Below, one piece after another: positions 1-9,871 of a stretch of 25,945 bases of DNA. Both the position numbers and the translations under genes were made by a program. This DNA is from Octopus sinensis (Eukaryota), in contig NW_021836009.1 of assembly GCF_006345805.1 (NCBI RefSeq), positions 1-25,945 of the forward strand. The letters run 5' to 3'. Position 1 is the first letter of the stretch; each line of letters starts with the position of its first letter. Below the pieces are notes generated by a model. That model had not been told where the DNA came from, ran no database searches, and saw only the letters and a list, made by a program, of their open reading frames with translations.

Positions 1-387
1 TTTCTTACTTTTTTTCTTTGTTTCTGTTTGTTTTCTTGTTTCTTTTTACCTTTTTTTTTATTAATTATATACTTGGAAACTTTTGTTTAGTGATGATGGT
101 TTAACACGCCTACATAAACGCACTGATGGATATAGAGACGTAGAGCGCTCACACACGAGCATATATGCGCGTATTCTGATGCGCAGATACAGAGAACGAA
201 AGCTTTACACAGAGAGATACATAGATGCATACGCACAATAGGCAAACACACACACACATACCACATCACACGCACTCTCTACATATGTGTGTGTGGGTGC
301 GTGTGTGTATGTGTGTGTGTGATATATATATATTACTGACATATTCCCACACACATGCACAGATACATATCAATGTGTGTTCATAAA

Positions 388-449
388 CAGACAAACAGAT
401 AGACTGATAGACAGAGAGATTGAAAACAGACAGACAGGCAGACAAATGA

Positions 450-505
<56 letters not shown>

Positions 506-620
506 GTAGGTAGGTAGGTAGGTAGGTAGGTAGGTAGGTAGGTACATACATACATACATACATGCATTCATACATACATACATGCATTCATACATACACA
601 CATACATACATACATAGATA
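388..620. repeat. Compound tetranucleotide microsatellite (GACA)n-(GATA)n-(GGTA)n-(CATA)n
   Basis: Read directly: GATA run ~451-504, GGTA run ~505-544, CATA run ~545-617. Confidence 0.97.
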
Positions 621-1039
621 TATGGGGGATATGATAGAAATTATAAAGAGGAAGACGACGTGAGAAACAGAAAGAAAGAAGCAAACAAATGACAAAGAAA
701 GAAAGAAAGAAGGAAAGAGTGACCTGTAGTGGAAGAGATAATGATGGAATACGTGCGCACGTGTGTGTGTGTGTGTGTTTTGTGCTCTGAACAGTTTAAG
801 AAACGATGCGAGATAGGTAAACAGATCGATATAAATATATACACATACATGAATATATATGCGTGTGCGTGTGTGCATGTGTGTGTGCGTCTCTTCGTTA
901 GAATAGACAGCTAAATAGATGGAGAGTTTTAATGATTAATTACAAGGAAAGGGACGCAAATATCCGCATTGACTGTGATTCAGCTATGTCAATAAACCTA
1001 CTGAATCAACCGTACATATATACCTACACACACATATGT

Positions 1040-1075
1040 TTGTGTGTGGGAGTGTGTGTGTGTGCGTGTGTGTGT

Positions 1076-1121
<46 letters not shown>

Positions 1122-1140
1122 GTGCGTATGTGTGTGTTGT
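1040..1140. repeat. (TG)n microsatellite
   Basis: Long TG run; further TG/CA tracts at ~241-360, 757-890 and 1238-1272. Confidence 0.95.
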
Positions 1141-1272
1141 GGAAGTGTGGAAGTCAGCTCGTGACCGAGTAAGATCGCTTCTGAAAACACACAAAGTGCG
1201 TGCAAACGTTTACAAGAGTCTTAGAAGCACAAGTACATGCACATACAAACACACTCATACACACACACACAC

Positions 1273-2080
1273 TTAAGAACTCATGTCTCTGGTTTAAAGC
1301 ATTTTTTTCCTGGAACAGAATGAAGAACTTTTCTGAGAGGCAAAGATTACATTTCATAGGTCTTTTATAAGCTCCACGTCTGCATGCTGATGCTTTTTCT
1401 AGAATTTTCCAGGTTACATTGAAATGATGGGTGTCATTCTCTTTCAATTCCCAGAAATGCATTGCAAGACAAGTTGCTGTCCTGTTCTCGGGGTATCGGA
1501 AAGAATTTCGGTGGAAATAGAATGGAGTCTTGAATGAATTTCCCGAAGCCCCTGTGTATGTTTTATATTCTTCTGAGCCATCTACTTGGACTCTATAAAC
1601 AATTCCTTTTTCAAAACATTTGCCTTCCAACGGACAGGAAGTCTGATCATTTAAGTTGCAGTAACTCAGATTAGATTCGGCACTGTAGTTGTCTGTAATA
1701 AGTTTCGTGTTCTGCTGGCTAATACAAGAGGCGAAGTTTTTGCAACAAAAATAGATGACCTTCAGTGTTTTCCTATTAAATATTCTATAGAACTTATGAC
1801 TAGACTGAAAATACTTAGAAACTAATTTTAAGGATTCCCTACCTATTTTAGTTTTTACGGCAATATCAAATGCGGGGTTAAACCACAAAACTTTCCTAGT
1901 TCTTGTTCTGTGTGGTCTATTATTGCTAGAATTAACTTGAGTATATTGGATCTTCTCCGCGAATCCACTTTTCCTAAATACTATATTGTAATAAGGTGCA
2001 GCATTTTGAAATGCCGTCTCATCTGAATAAATTGATGATATTCGCCTTCCTTCATTACTAACTACGTTCGAAATAAGGGA
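1273..2080 (-). mobile_element. Penelope-like element (PLE) 3' fragment: RT thumb/linker plus GIY-YIG endonuclease, degenerate
   Basis: The minus frame is open from 2080 to 1154. It reads GRRISSIYSDETAFQNAAPYY..KSGF..RKVLWFNPAF..KTKIG..IFNRKTLK..CN..CPLEGKC..GIVY..YTG..FK..H..SFR..W.I..KCNLCLSEK..LNQR. This matches the typical PLE pattern WFNPPF / IFNRNTVKVSYSC / CNC..CPL.G.C / YIG / CNLCL.EK / LNKR. It is truncated by (TA)n at the 5' side and (TG)n at the 3' side. Confidence 0.9.
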
Positions 2081-2122
2081 TTATTATGGAAAAGGAGGAG
2101 ACAGGGAATATATAGGGAAATA

Positions 2123-2129
2123 GGGGATG

Positions 2130-2210
<81 letters not shown>

Positions 2211-2221
2211 TATATTATATG

Positions 2222-2252
<31 letters not shown>

Positions 2253-2255
2253 ACA
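2123..2255. repeat. (TA)n/(TATG)n microsatellite
   Basis: Direct reading; similar tracts at 2424-2733 and 2917-3020. Confidence 0.95.
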
Positions 2256-2423
2256 GGCGCAGGCGTGGCTGTGAGATAAGAAGCTTGCCTCCCAAGCACA
2301 TGCTTCTGGGTTCAGTCCCACTGCGTGGCACCTATAGTAGAGGACACTTGCCCAAGGTGCCACGCAGTGGGACTGAACCCAGAAGCATGTGCTTGGGAGG
2401 CAAGCTTCTTATCACACAGCCAC
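2256..2423. mobile_element. Family A SINE head present as an inverted duplication (69-bp arms, 21-nt spacer)
   Basis: 2265-2333 and 2355-2423 are reverse complements with 1 mismatch. The sequence matches the tRNA-like head of the family A copies at 15509 and 18947. Confidence 0.9.
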
Positions 2424-2733
2424 ATACATACATATATATATGTATGTATATATGTAAATATATATATAATATATATATATGTAACTATATATATGCATGT
2501 ATGTATATATAGAGGTATATATATATATATATTTGTTAAATATATATGTATGTATGTATATTATATTATATATATATCTATTAACATATATATATATGTA
2601 AATATATATATGTATGTATGTATATATATATGTATATAAATATAGATATATATTAATATATATATTATATGTATAATATATATATGTATGTATGTATATA
2701 TATATATATATATTATAATATATATATATATAT

Positions 2734-2916
2734 AACAATTGCAGCGTGGAAAGTGTTTGTAAGCCATTTAAGAAACACACAAAAGCCGTTCGATTCACTT
2801 CCAACGGCTTTTGTGTGTTTCTTAAATGGCTTACAAGCACCTTCCACGCTGCAATTGTTTTCGTTTCAGCACACCATCTCAGATCAATTCACTTGCTATG
2901 CAAGTACATCTCCGTA

Positions 2917-2918
<2 letters not shown>
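2734..2918. repeat. Fold-back of an unidentified interspersed repeat (57-bp arms, 12-nt loop)
   Basis: 2734-2790 and 2803-2859 are reverse complements with 2 differences. The right arm continues ~60 bp as non-simple sequence. Confidence 0.8.
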
Positions 2919-3007
<89 letters not shown>

Positions 3008-3599
3008 CATACATATATGTGCATGCCTGTGAATGACTTTATACGTTATGTGTAATTGTAACTTATATTTAAGACTTATCGAAGTTTTATGTCGGCGAAT
3101 AAAAACAAGACCCAAACACATATATATTTTCATACGTACCACACACACACACGCACAACACACATAATGTACGCCTATGTATATTTAAAACGTGCAAGCA
3201 GATAGATAGATAAAGAGAGAGAGAGAGAAACATACATACATACATACATATGCATATGCATATACATACATTCTCACATACTTTTACATATACATAGGTT
3301 CAAGGAGTAACACACGTGCAGATAAAATCTTTGGATGTAATTCCATTATATTTTGATAAATGCATTAAAGGTTGTCTTAATTTAAAGAATTTCTTTTTTA
3401 ATCTAATTGATTTTTTGAAAACATATTTTAGTGATGCTTCTCTGTTTAGAAAGAAAAATTAATCATTTCGCTGACGTCATTGTGGGTTTGTTTAGAAAAC
3501 AAACCAACAGACAAATACATTAATAAATGGCTCAAAACATGTCGGTGAAATGGGAGAGGTTTTTAGAGCTGTGAAGTGACTGCTACATGTTATTTTTGT

Positions 3600-3670
3600 T
3601 TTGCTCTATGCGTTCAAATCATTCCGAGGTCGACTTCGCATTTTATCCCATCAAGGTCAATAAATAAATT
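3600..3670 (+). mobile_element. Old family B SINE fragment
   Basis: GTTCAAATCATTCCGAGGTCGACTTCGCATTTTATCC resembles the B consensus GTTCAAATTCCGCCGAGGTCGACTTTGCCTTTCATCC. Confidence 0.6.
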
Positions 3671-3684
3671 GCCGGCGTCGTAAA

Positions 3685-4055
3685 GGCACGTGGCTGGGCG
3701 GTAAAAAGCTTGATTCCCAACCACATGGTTCCAGGTTCTGTCCCACTGCGTAGCACATTGGGCAAGTATCGTCTACTATAGCCTCGGGCCGACCAGAGAC
3801 TTGTGAGTCGATTTGGAAGGCCGAAACTCAAAGTAGCCCGTCGTATGTATATATATATATTTGTGTCCCCCACCACATCCTGGCGACTAGTGTTGATGTG
3901 TTTACGTCCCTATAACGTAGCAGTTCGGCAAAAGAAACAGATAAAATAAATACCAGATTTGAAACAAAGTACTGGGGTCTATTCATTCGACTAAAAATTC
4001 TTCAAAGCGGTGTCCCAGCATGGCCGCTGCATAATGACTGAAACAATTAAGATAA
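3685..4055 (+). mobile_element. Family A tRNA-derived SINE, diverged, near full length
   Basis: Head GTGGCTG..GGTAA..CCACATGG..GGTTC.GTCCC, CORE-like TTGGGCAAGT, central TA tract, tail CCAGCATGGCC..AATGACTGAAAC. Confidence 0.85.
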
Positions 4056-4056
4056 T

Positions 4057-4305
4057 GCTTAGGATGTGGTACTCATATAGCAAGATCGCGGTTTTGATTC
4101 CCTGACAGGGCAGCGTGTTATCTTGAACAAAATCTCTTATTTTACGTCACTCCAGGACACTCACCGGCAAATGAATACAAATACGACGATCAAGCATGCC
4201 GCTCAAGGGCTGCATTTTAATCTCGGTCACTTATATGGCTTTGAAACTGGGTAACTGGCTCTGTGAGCCTTAATACTTGAGACAGTAGTATCCAGTCATT
4301 TCTTT
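4057..4305 (+). mobile_element. Diverged tRNA-derived SINE (family D-like head)
   Basis: AAGATCGCGGTTTTGATTCC B-box-like motif followed by TCTTGAACAAAA, resembling the CTTGAGCAAGAC motif of the 9547 copy. Confidence 0.5.
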
Positions 4306-4430
4306 CATTGTTCACCCTCTCTTAAAACTGACTACGTTGAAGGTGAATAGAAAAGAAGGCTCCCATTGCTCCCCACTAATTCTTTATCTGCTATACTGTA
4401 GGCATCATAAACACCAATGAGAGTATCAAA

Positions 4431-4734
4431 AGCGGCGAGCTGGCAGAAACGTTAGCACGCCGGGCGAAATGCGTAGTCGTATTTCGTCTGCCGCTACGTT
4501 CTGAGTTCAAATTCCGCCGAGGTTGACTTTGCCTTTCATCCTTTCGGGGTCGATAAATTAAGTACCAGTTACACACTGGGGTCGATATAATCGACTTAAT
4601 CCGTATGTCTCTCCTTGTTTGTCCTCTCTGTGTTTAGTCCCTTGTGGGTAGTAAAGAAATAGGTATTTCGTCTGCCGCTACGTTTTGACTTCAAACTGCC
4701 ATTCATCCTTTCGGGGTCGATTAAATAAGTACCA
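4431..4734 (+). mobile_element. Family B SINE: head, one ~184-bp unit with tail i, and a partial second unit
   Basis: A-box TGGCAGAAACGTTAG, B-box GAGTTCAAATTCC, tail ..GTGGGTAGTAAAGAAATA, then GGTATTTCGTC (4662-4672) restarts the unit. The second unit has a GCC-microhomology deletion and stops at AAGTACCA. Confidence 0.92.
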
Positions 4735-6338
4735 CTTCATTAGTTGCTACTGTGCTGCTTTGCAGCAATTTTGTTTGTGCTTCTCATAGAGGAAGGTCGA
4801 CTTAGTGAAAAAGATGTCTGAAGAAAACTTCAGCTATTCAGATATGTCATCTTCAGAGGAAGAAGCTTTTGAAAACGGTCAAGAGAATGGACGAAAAATT
4901 AAATGGAGAAAAGAGAAACTTTGTGGACGTGACAAAGTGCCAGGGAAATGATATTAATATTGTAATATTTGAAAATTACAAACGTTTATTAAGTCTCGAT
5001 GGATGTGACGTTAAATTGCCCCCCACCCCCACCCCGCAAGATACCTTTAATAATATCAAAGAAAGAACAAATTTGTACAAGACGTTTTCAATAATTGAAG
5101 GAAGGATTGACGTCGTGACCACGGATCAGGTGGAGAAGGCGTTGGGACCGATATGGCATGAAATTGAGTACCTTGCGAGAGGTGCTAAGTTCGGAGTAGT
5201 GGAGGTAAGATTCAAGGACGCGGCAACAGCAAAAAAACACGCAGCGACTACCATTAAGAGTAAAGAAGTTGTGCTTTTGCCCACTTACCGTGGACAACGT
5301 GCGACCAGAGTTAAGGGAGGGAATTCCGCCAGAGATAGATGTGGCCTGGATAGCAGCCGCTGTCCTTCTGGGGAGTGAGGACAACATAGCGGTTCTCCAG
5401 GCTACAAAAATGCTATGTGCTATATGGAAGGGACAGATACTGGACATGGTTTTTCAAGATTGAACCGAAACCCTAGAAAACATTACAGAAACAATAATTA
5501 TGGACGACGCGATAATGAGGATCAGGGTGGAGGGTAGAATCCTTCGATGCTTTAAATGTGGCCTGAAGGGCCACATTAGAGTGGACTGCCCTTCACTGAC
5601 CAGAAAGACGGAGGAGATATAAGAGAAAGATCCCCTCATCCCCCCACAAAAGAGCAAGAAAATAAGAAAGAATACAAACTATCAACAGAAGTAGAGAAGA
5701 TAGAAATAGACAATGAATGGGAAACAATAGGAAAATGGAACAAGAGAAAAAGAAAAAATTAAGCCTTATAACCATCCAACACCCAACCACACCCTCTTCA
5801 ACCCACCCTCCCCCTACAGACACCAAACCTGTCCATCCCTCTCTGACACATAAAATGTACAAACAGACAAGAACTTCCAGACTCTACCCAACTGTCAGAC
5901 TCTACCCAACACCCAGACTCTACCCAAGTAATGTATGATGACTCAAATGAAACACTGTGTAAAGAAGTGTTATCTTGGGAAGACTTTAAAACAGTTGGAA
6001 CGAGTTTTGACAACATAAAGGGATGGCACTGTTGCGCGTTGTACTCAGATGAACACAAAGAAAAAAATAACAAGATTTAAAAGCGGATATGGGAGTTGGG
6101 AGGTGAAATTGGTGGGAGAATCCGGAATCGATATTCTAGCGGGAACGAAGTTTAAAAGGTTTAAATGAAACTGCTATGAAGTGGGGCAGAATGGCTTCAT
6201 TCCATTTTTCATTTTACTTTTCATGTCATTTTTTTTTTCATACATTGGTTCTAATTTTTGTTCCCTCTGTTTGTATGTCCCCGCATATTGTGGATTGTCC
6301 TTTATATGTTCGCCCCGTAGTGGGTAATATAGAAGATT
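4735..6338 (+). mobile_element. ORF1-only L1/Tx1-like non-LTR element (HAL1-like), decayed
   Basis: ATG at 4814 (MSEENFSYSDMSSSEEE). Frameshifted ORF1-like peptide ..EVRFKDA..LLPTYRGQRATRVK/GIPPEID.. and ..IRVEGRILRCFKCGLKGHIRVDCP (CX2CX4HX4C at 5548-5589). In-frame TGA at 5461. The coding-like tail decays by ~6170, followed by a T-rich 3' UTR. No endonuclease or RT motifs. Clade assignment is by motif recall. Confidence 0.7.
5870..5930 (+). repeat. Three 18-bp tandem units containing CAGACTCTACCCAA (PDSTQ-type peptide repeat) in the ORF1 C-terminal region
   Basis: CCAGACTCTACCCAACTG TCAGACTCTACCCAACAC CCAGACTCTACCCAAGTA. Confidence 0.9.
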
Positions 6339-6530
6339 AGAATTGTTAGCCGGGCAAAATGCTTAGCGGCATTTCGTTTTAGGTCAAACGCCGCCGGGGT
6401 CGACTTTGCCTTTCGTCCTTTCGGAGGCGATAAGATAAATACCAATTGAAGACCAGAACCGAAGAAATCGACTTAGCCACTCTTCTCAAATCTGCTAGAT
6501 CTATTCAGAATTTTGAAACCATTATTATTG
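6339..6530 (+). mobile_element. Old family B SINE beginning at the A-box, tail ii
   Basis: AGAATTGTTAGC..GGGCAAAATGCTTAGCGGCATTTCG..GTCGACTTTGCCTTTCGTCC..GAATTTTGAAACCATTATT. Confidence 0.8.
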
Positions 6531-7371
6531 TTGCTGTTGTTGTTGTTGTTGTTGTTCTCGTTTTTTTTGTTTTTGTTTTTGTTTTTTTTTCAACAGGTTA
6601 GCTTGACATTGTAAGGCATATTTCATTAGCGAAATGAAAAGAAGTGAAAAGGGAGAAGAAATCATTACTATCATTGTGAATTTTGCTGGGTATGGCTCTT
6701 ACCCGGAATCCCACCCTCACTCACGACTCTAACCAACGTTGGATTCTATACGATTGTAATGGTAGCTCACAGGCTCAAACATTAATTGTGACTTGAAATT
6801 AAATCTTTTGACATCTTAAAAGGGGGGCGAAAATCACGTGAACCATAGCAATCTAATTAATTTTTAAATTACCCAATTTCTAAAGATTGCACCCAGAAAA
6901 ATGATATTACTAAAGCAATTATTTAAATTTTCTTTATCGTCACTTAATTTTTATTATACTTTTTATTATATTTCATTATTACATTTATTTGTTATACACA
7001 TTGTCTTTTTTTTATTCACTTCGTTTTGCGTTATTTGTTTGTTTGTTTTTGTTTGTTTTTTTTGTTTGTTTTTTTTCTTTTGTTTGTTTTCTCATGCGCA
7101 ATGTGTTTGGTTACTTGTAATTTTCGTTCAACTGTTTGTTTTTTTTTTGTTTTTTTTTGTATTTTTTGTGTTCAACTGATGGAGATTTTTTTTTAAAAAA
7201 TACCTTTCGCTTTCGGTCTCGTGTTTCTATTCCAATTTTCCTCTCTTTATCAATTTGTATGTATGTTTTTATTTATTTATTTGTTTTTTTTATTGTCTTC
7301 GTTTGACTCAATTATGAACAACAGATCTAGAAACGAACAGACATACACTCACATATACGCATGCCTTCACA

Positions 7372-7555
7372 CACACACACACACACAGAAAACTGACAGA
7401 CAGACAGATAGATAGATAGATACAAACATACATAAATACACACATACATTCATTCAAACATACATGCATTCATACATTATACAGCCATGCACATACATAC
7501 ATACACACATACATACATACATACATACATACACATATACATAATACAAACATAC
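7372..7555. repeat. (CA)n-(GACA)n-(GATA)n-(CATA)n compound microsatellite
   Basis: Direct reading; preceded by T-rich low-complexity sequence at ~6900-7200. Confidence 0.9.
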
Positions 7556-8515
7556 TTAATTGCTTCTTTAAAGTTTTCTCTATTGATTTTCTATAAAAAA
7601 TTATGGCACTGCTAACACAGTAGACTTACAAAAACATTCAATATACTTTGTAGTATATTATAGTGGCATAATGAAATACGGTGTCCTTACAGGTCATTAA
7701 TACTTCATTGCTGCAACTCAATTTCGAGCAATGCTAATATCTGATTGTTCTCTTAAACATGAATAGCACAGATGTCGCTTTTCAGTCCTACGAAGAAGCT
7801 ATACTCCTTTGCATAGATGTGATAACTATGGGTGCATGTTGCAGTATATGTTTAGAGAGCTTACCACCCATGCCGGTGCATGCTTTTTAACGTTGGGAAT
7901 GACCTTCCACGGAGCCTAATCCCACTCTATAAACAACGCGTGTATTTTGCTCCAAAAACAACTTGTCTATAGGACTGGATATAAATTAATTCACAGGCGT
8001 TACAACAGTGTCTTCGTTCTTCTAATGTGATATCTAAACAAAGACTAGAAGTCTCTCACTTCCAGCTATTGGCCGGCTGTTTATTCTACTGAGTTAATCT
8101 GCCCTTCGACATGTTCTGTTTTCTGTCCTGCAGGCTGTCCAAGGAAAATTACCTTTGTTACTATTAGTTTTATTAGATGCGAAGGACCAACCATGTAACA
8201 GATTTTACTCGTTTAGCTGTTACTCAGAGTTACCATACATGCATAAATACGCACAACTATTTCACTGTTTCCTCTTACTATTACGATCTGATACCTTTCT
8301 ATCAGAAGCTCTTTCACTAAAGAAGGCATTCTATACATAGCTTGAACAGTCAGCCAAATTGCTGGGAGTGAGATACATGGGCCAAGAGACAGCAACGAAA
8401 TGAACAGCGTCATTGGTGAACTCAGCTAAAAGCAGCCCTTAATTGGATCTTAAGCCGAGCACTGTCGTTGATGAACTTTGTTAAAAGCAAACAAGTGCTA
8501 ACAGTAAATAAGACC

Positions 8516-9096
8516 TATTTCTTTACTACCCACAAGGGGCTAAACACAGAGGGGACAAACAAGGACAGACAAACGGATTAAGTCGATTACATCGACCCCA
8601 GTGCGTAACTGGTACTTAGTTTATCGACCCCGAAAGGATGAAAGGCAAAGTCGACCTCGGCGGAATTTGAACTCAGAACGTAACGGCAGACGAAATACCT
8701 ATTTCTTTATTACCCACAGGGGACTAAACACAGAGGGGACAAACAAGGAAGACAAACGGATTAAGTCGATTACATCGACCCCAGTGCATGACTGGTACTT
8801 ATTTTATCGACCCCGAAAGGATGAAAGGCAAAGTCGACCTCGGCGGAATTTGAACTCAGAACGTAACGGCAGACGAAATACCTATTTCTTTACTACCCAC
8901 AAGGGGCTAAACACAGAGGGAACAAACAAGGACAGACAAACGGATTAAGTCGATTACATCGACCCAAGTGCGTAGCTGGTACTTAGTTTATCGACCCCAA
9001 AACGATGAAAGGAAAAGTCGACCTCGGCGGAATTTGAACTCAGAACGTAACGGCAGGCGAAATAGCGCTACGCATTTCGCCCGGCGAGCTTGCGTT
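8516..9096 (-). mobile_element. Family B SINE array: 5'-truncated head plus three ~184-bp tandem units, with 11-bp TSD
   Basis: CTATTTC recurs at 8515, 8699 and 8882 (periods 184 and 183). TAAATAAGACC is present at both 8505-8515 and 9097-9107. Confidence 0.95.
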
Positions 9097-9476
9097 TAAA
9101 TAAGACCGACGCATTGATATCAATCGCGTGCATTTCACTATTCTGGTGTAGCAGGTACAAAAGCCATGAGCAGGGTAACTTCCTCCGGACAAAAATAATT
9201 TATACGTAGCAGTAATGTATTAAGGTTAGTTCATTCAAATCTAATCTTCTCTTGACTGTACTTCGTGCCATTGATTAAATTTTCCATCAAAATACGCTCA
9301 TTATTTTGAAAGTCCATTGAACTTCTCAAGTGTTTGTGGTGGTATATTACGTAAAAATAAATTTCAAAAATATTTTACAATTTACCATCCTAAGTGGAAT
9401 TTTCAATCAAAGTAGACAGACGTAATTTAAAAGTGAAAATATTACTGAACAAACACGAATTTATTAGATAATACAC

Positions 9477-9522
<46 letters not shown>

Positions 9523-9546
9523 TCATATAACGAAAGTTAATAAACT

Positions 9547-9846
9547 GGTACTGCGTCGGTTGCGACGACTAGTGTTTCAGTTTATCCGATCAACAGAACA
9601 GCCTCCTCGTGGTATTAATATGCAAGTTACCGTACACTCCACAGACACGCGTATATCTAACGTGACACACAGTGCGAGAAGGCTGGCCATTTGAAATACA
9701 GGTACAACTCATTTTTGCCAAGTGAGGGCACTGGAGGAACGTGAAGGAAAATGTCTTGCTCAAGGACACGACACGCCGCCGAGTATTGATCTCATGACAT
9801 TACGATCGTGAGCTGAATGCCCTAACCACTAGGCCACACACCTTCA
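9547..9846 (-). mobile_element. Family D tRNA-derived SINE
   Basis: Reverse strand reads TGGCCTAGTGGTTAGGGCATTC (A-box), then GTCCTTGAGCAAGACA (CORE-like), then a 3' half shared with the family C copy at 14618. Confidence 0.8.
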
Positions 9847-9871
9847 CCACATAAACAATATGTAAACATTA

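Noticed and set aside
1175-1232. Hammerhead-like CTGAAAA..CAAAC..GTC at the PLE 3' end
   Set aside because: The core is mutated, stems I and III do not pair properly, and it is antisense to the PLE ORF.
87-1276. ORFs rich in YI/HT/CV/MYVC here and at 2058-3163, 11458-11976 and 17980-19645
   Set aside because: They are translations of di- and tetranucleotide microsatellites.
3470-3482. Perfect CRE site TGACGTCA; also a CTCF-like CAGATGGCGC (minus strand, ~12845-12855)
   Set aside because: Isolated short motifs are expected by chance and there is no promoter evidence.
4479-4662. Unit as an excised GT..AG intron circle
   Set aside because: There is no polypyrimidine tract, and the TSD at 8505 shows the terminal G belongs to the target, not the tail.
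8114-8160. Strong + strand acceptor TTCTGTTTTCTGTCCTGCAG and a nearby - strand donor
   Set aside because: No convincing partner splice site or open exon could be built.
8516-8699. Retrozyme (hammerhead-containing tandem repeat)
   Set aside because: I found no CUGANGA..GAAA core on either strand by eye; an Infernal search would be needed to exclude other ribozymes.
8516-9096. CRISPR-like array
   Set aside because: The whole 184-bp unit repeats with no unique spacers, there are no cas genes, and the context is eukaryotic SINE DNA.
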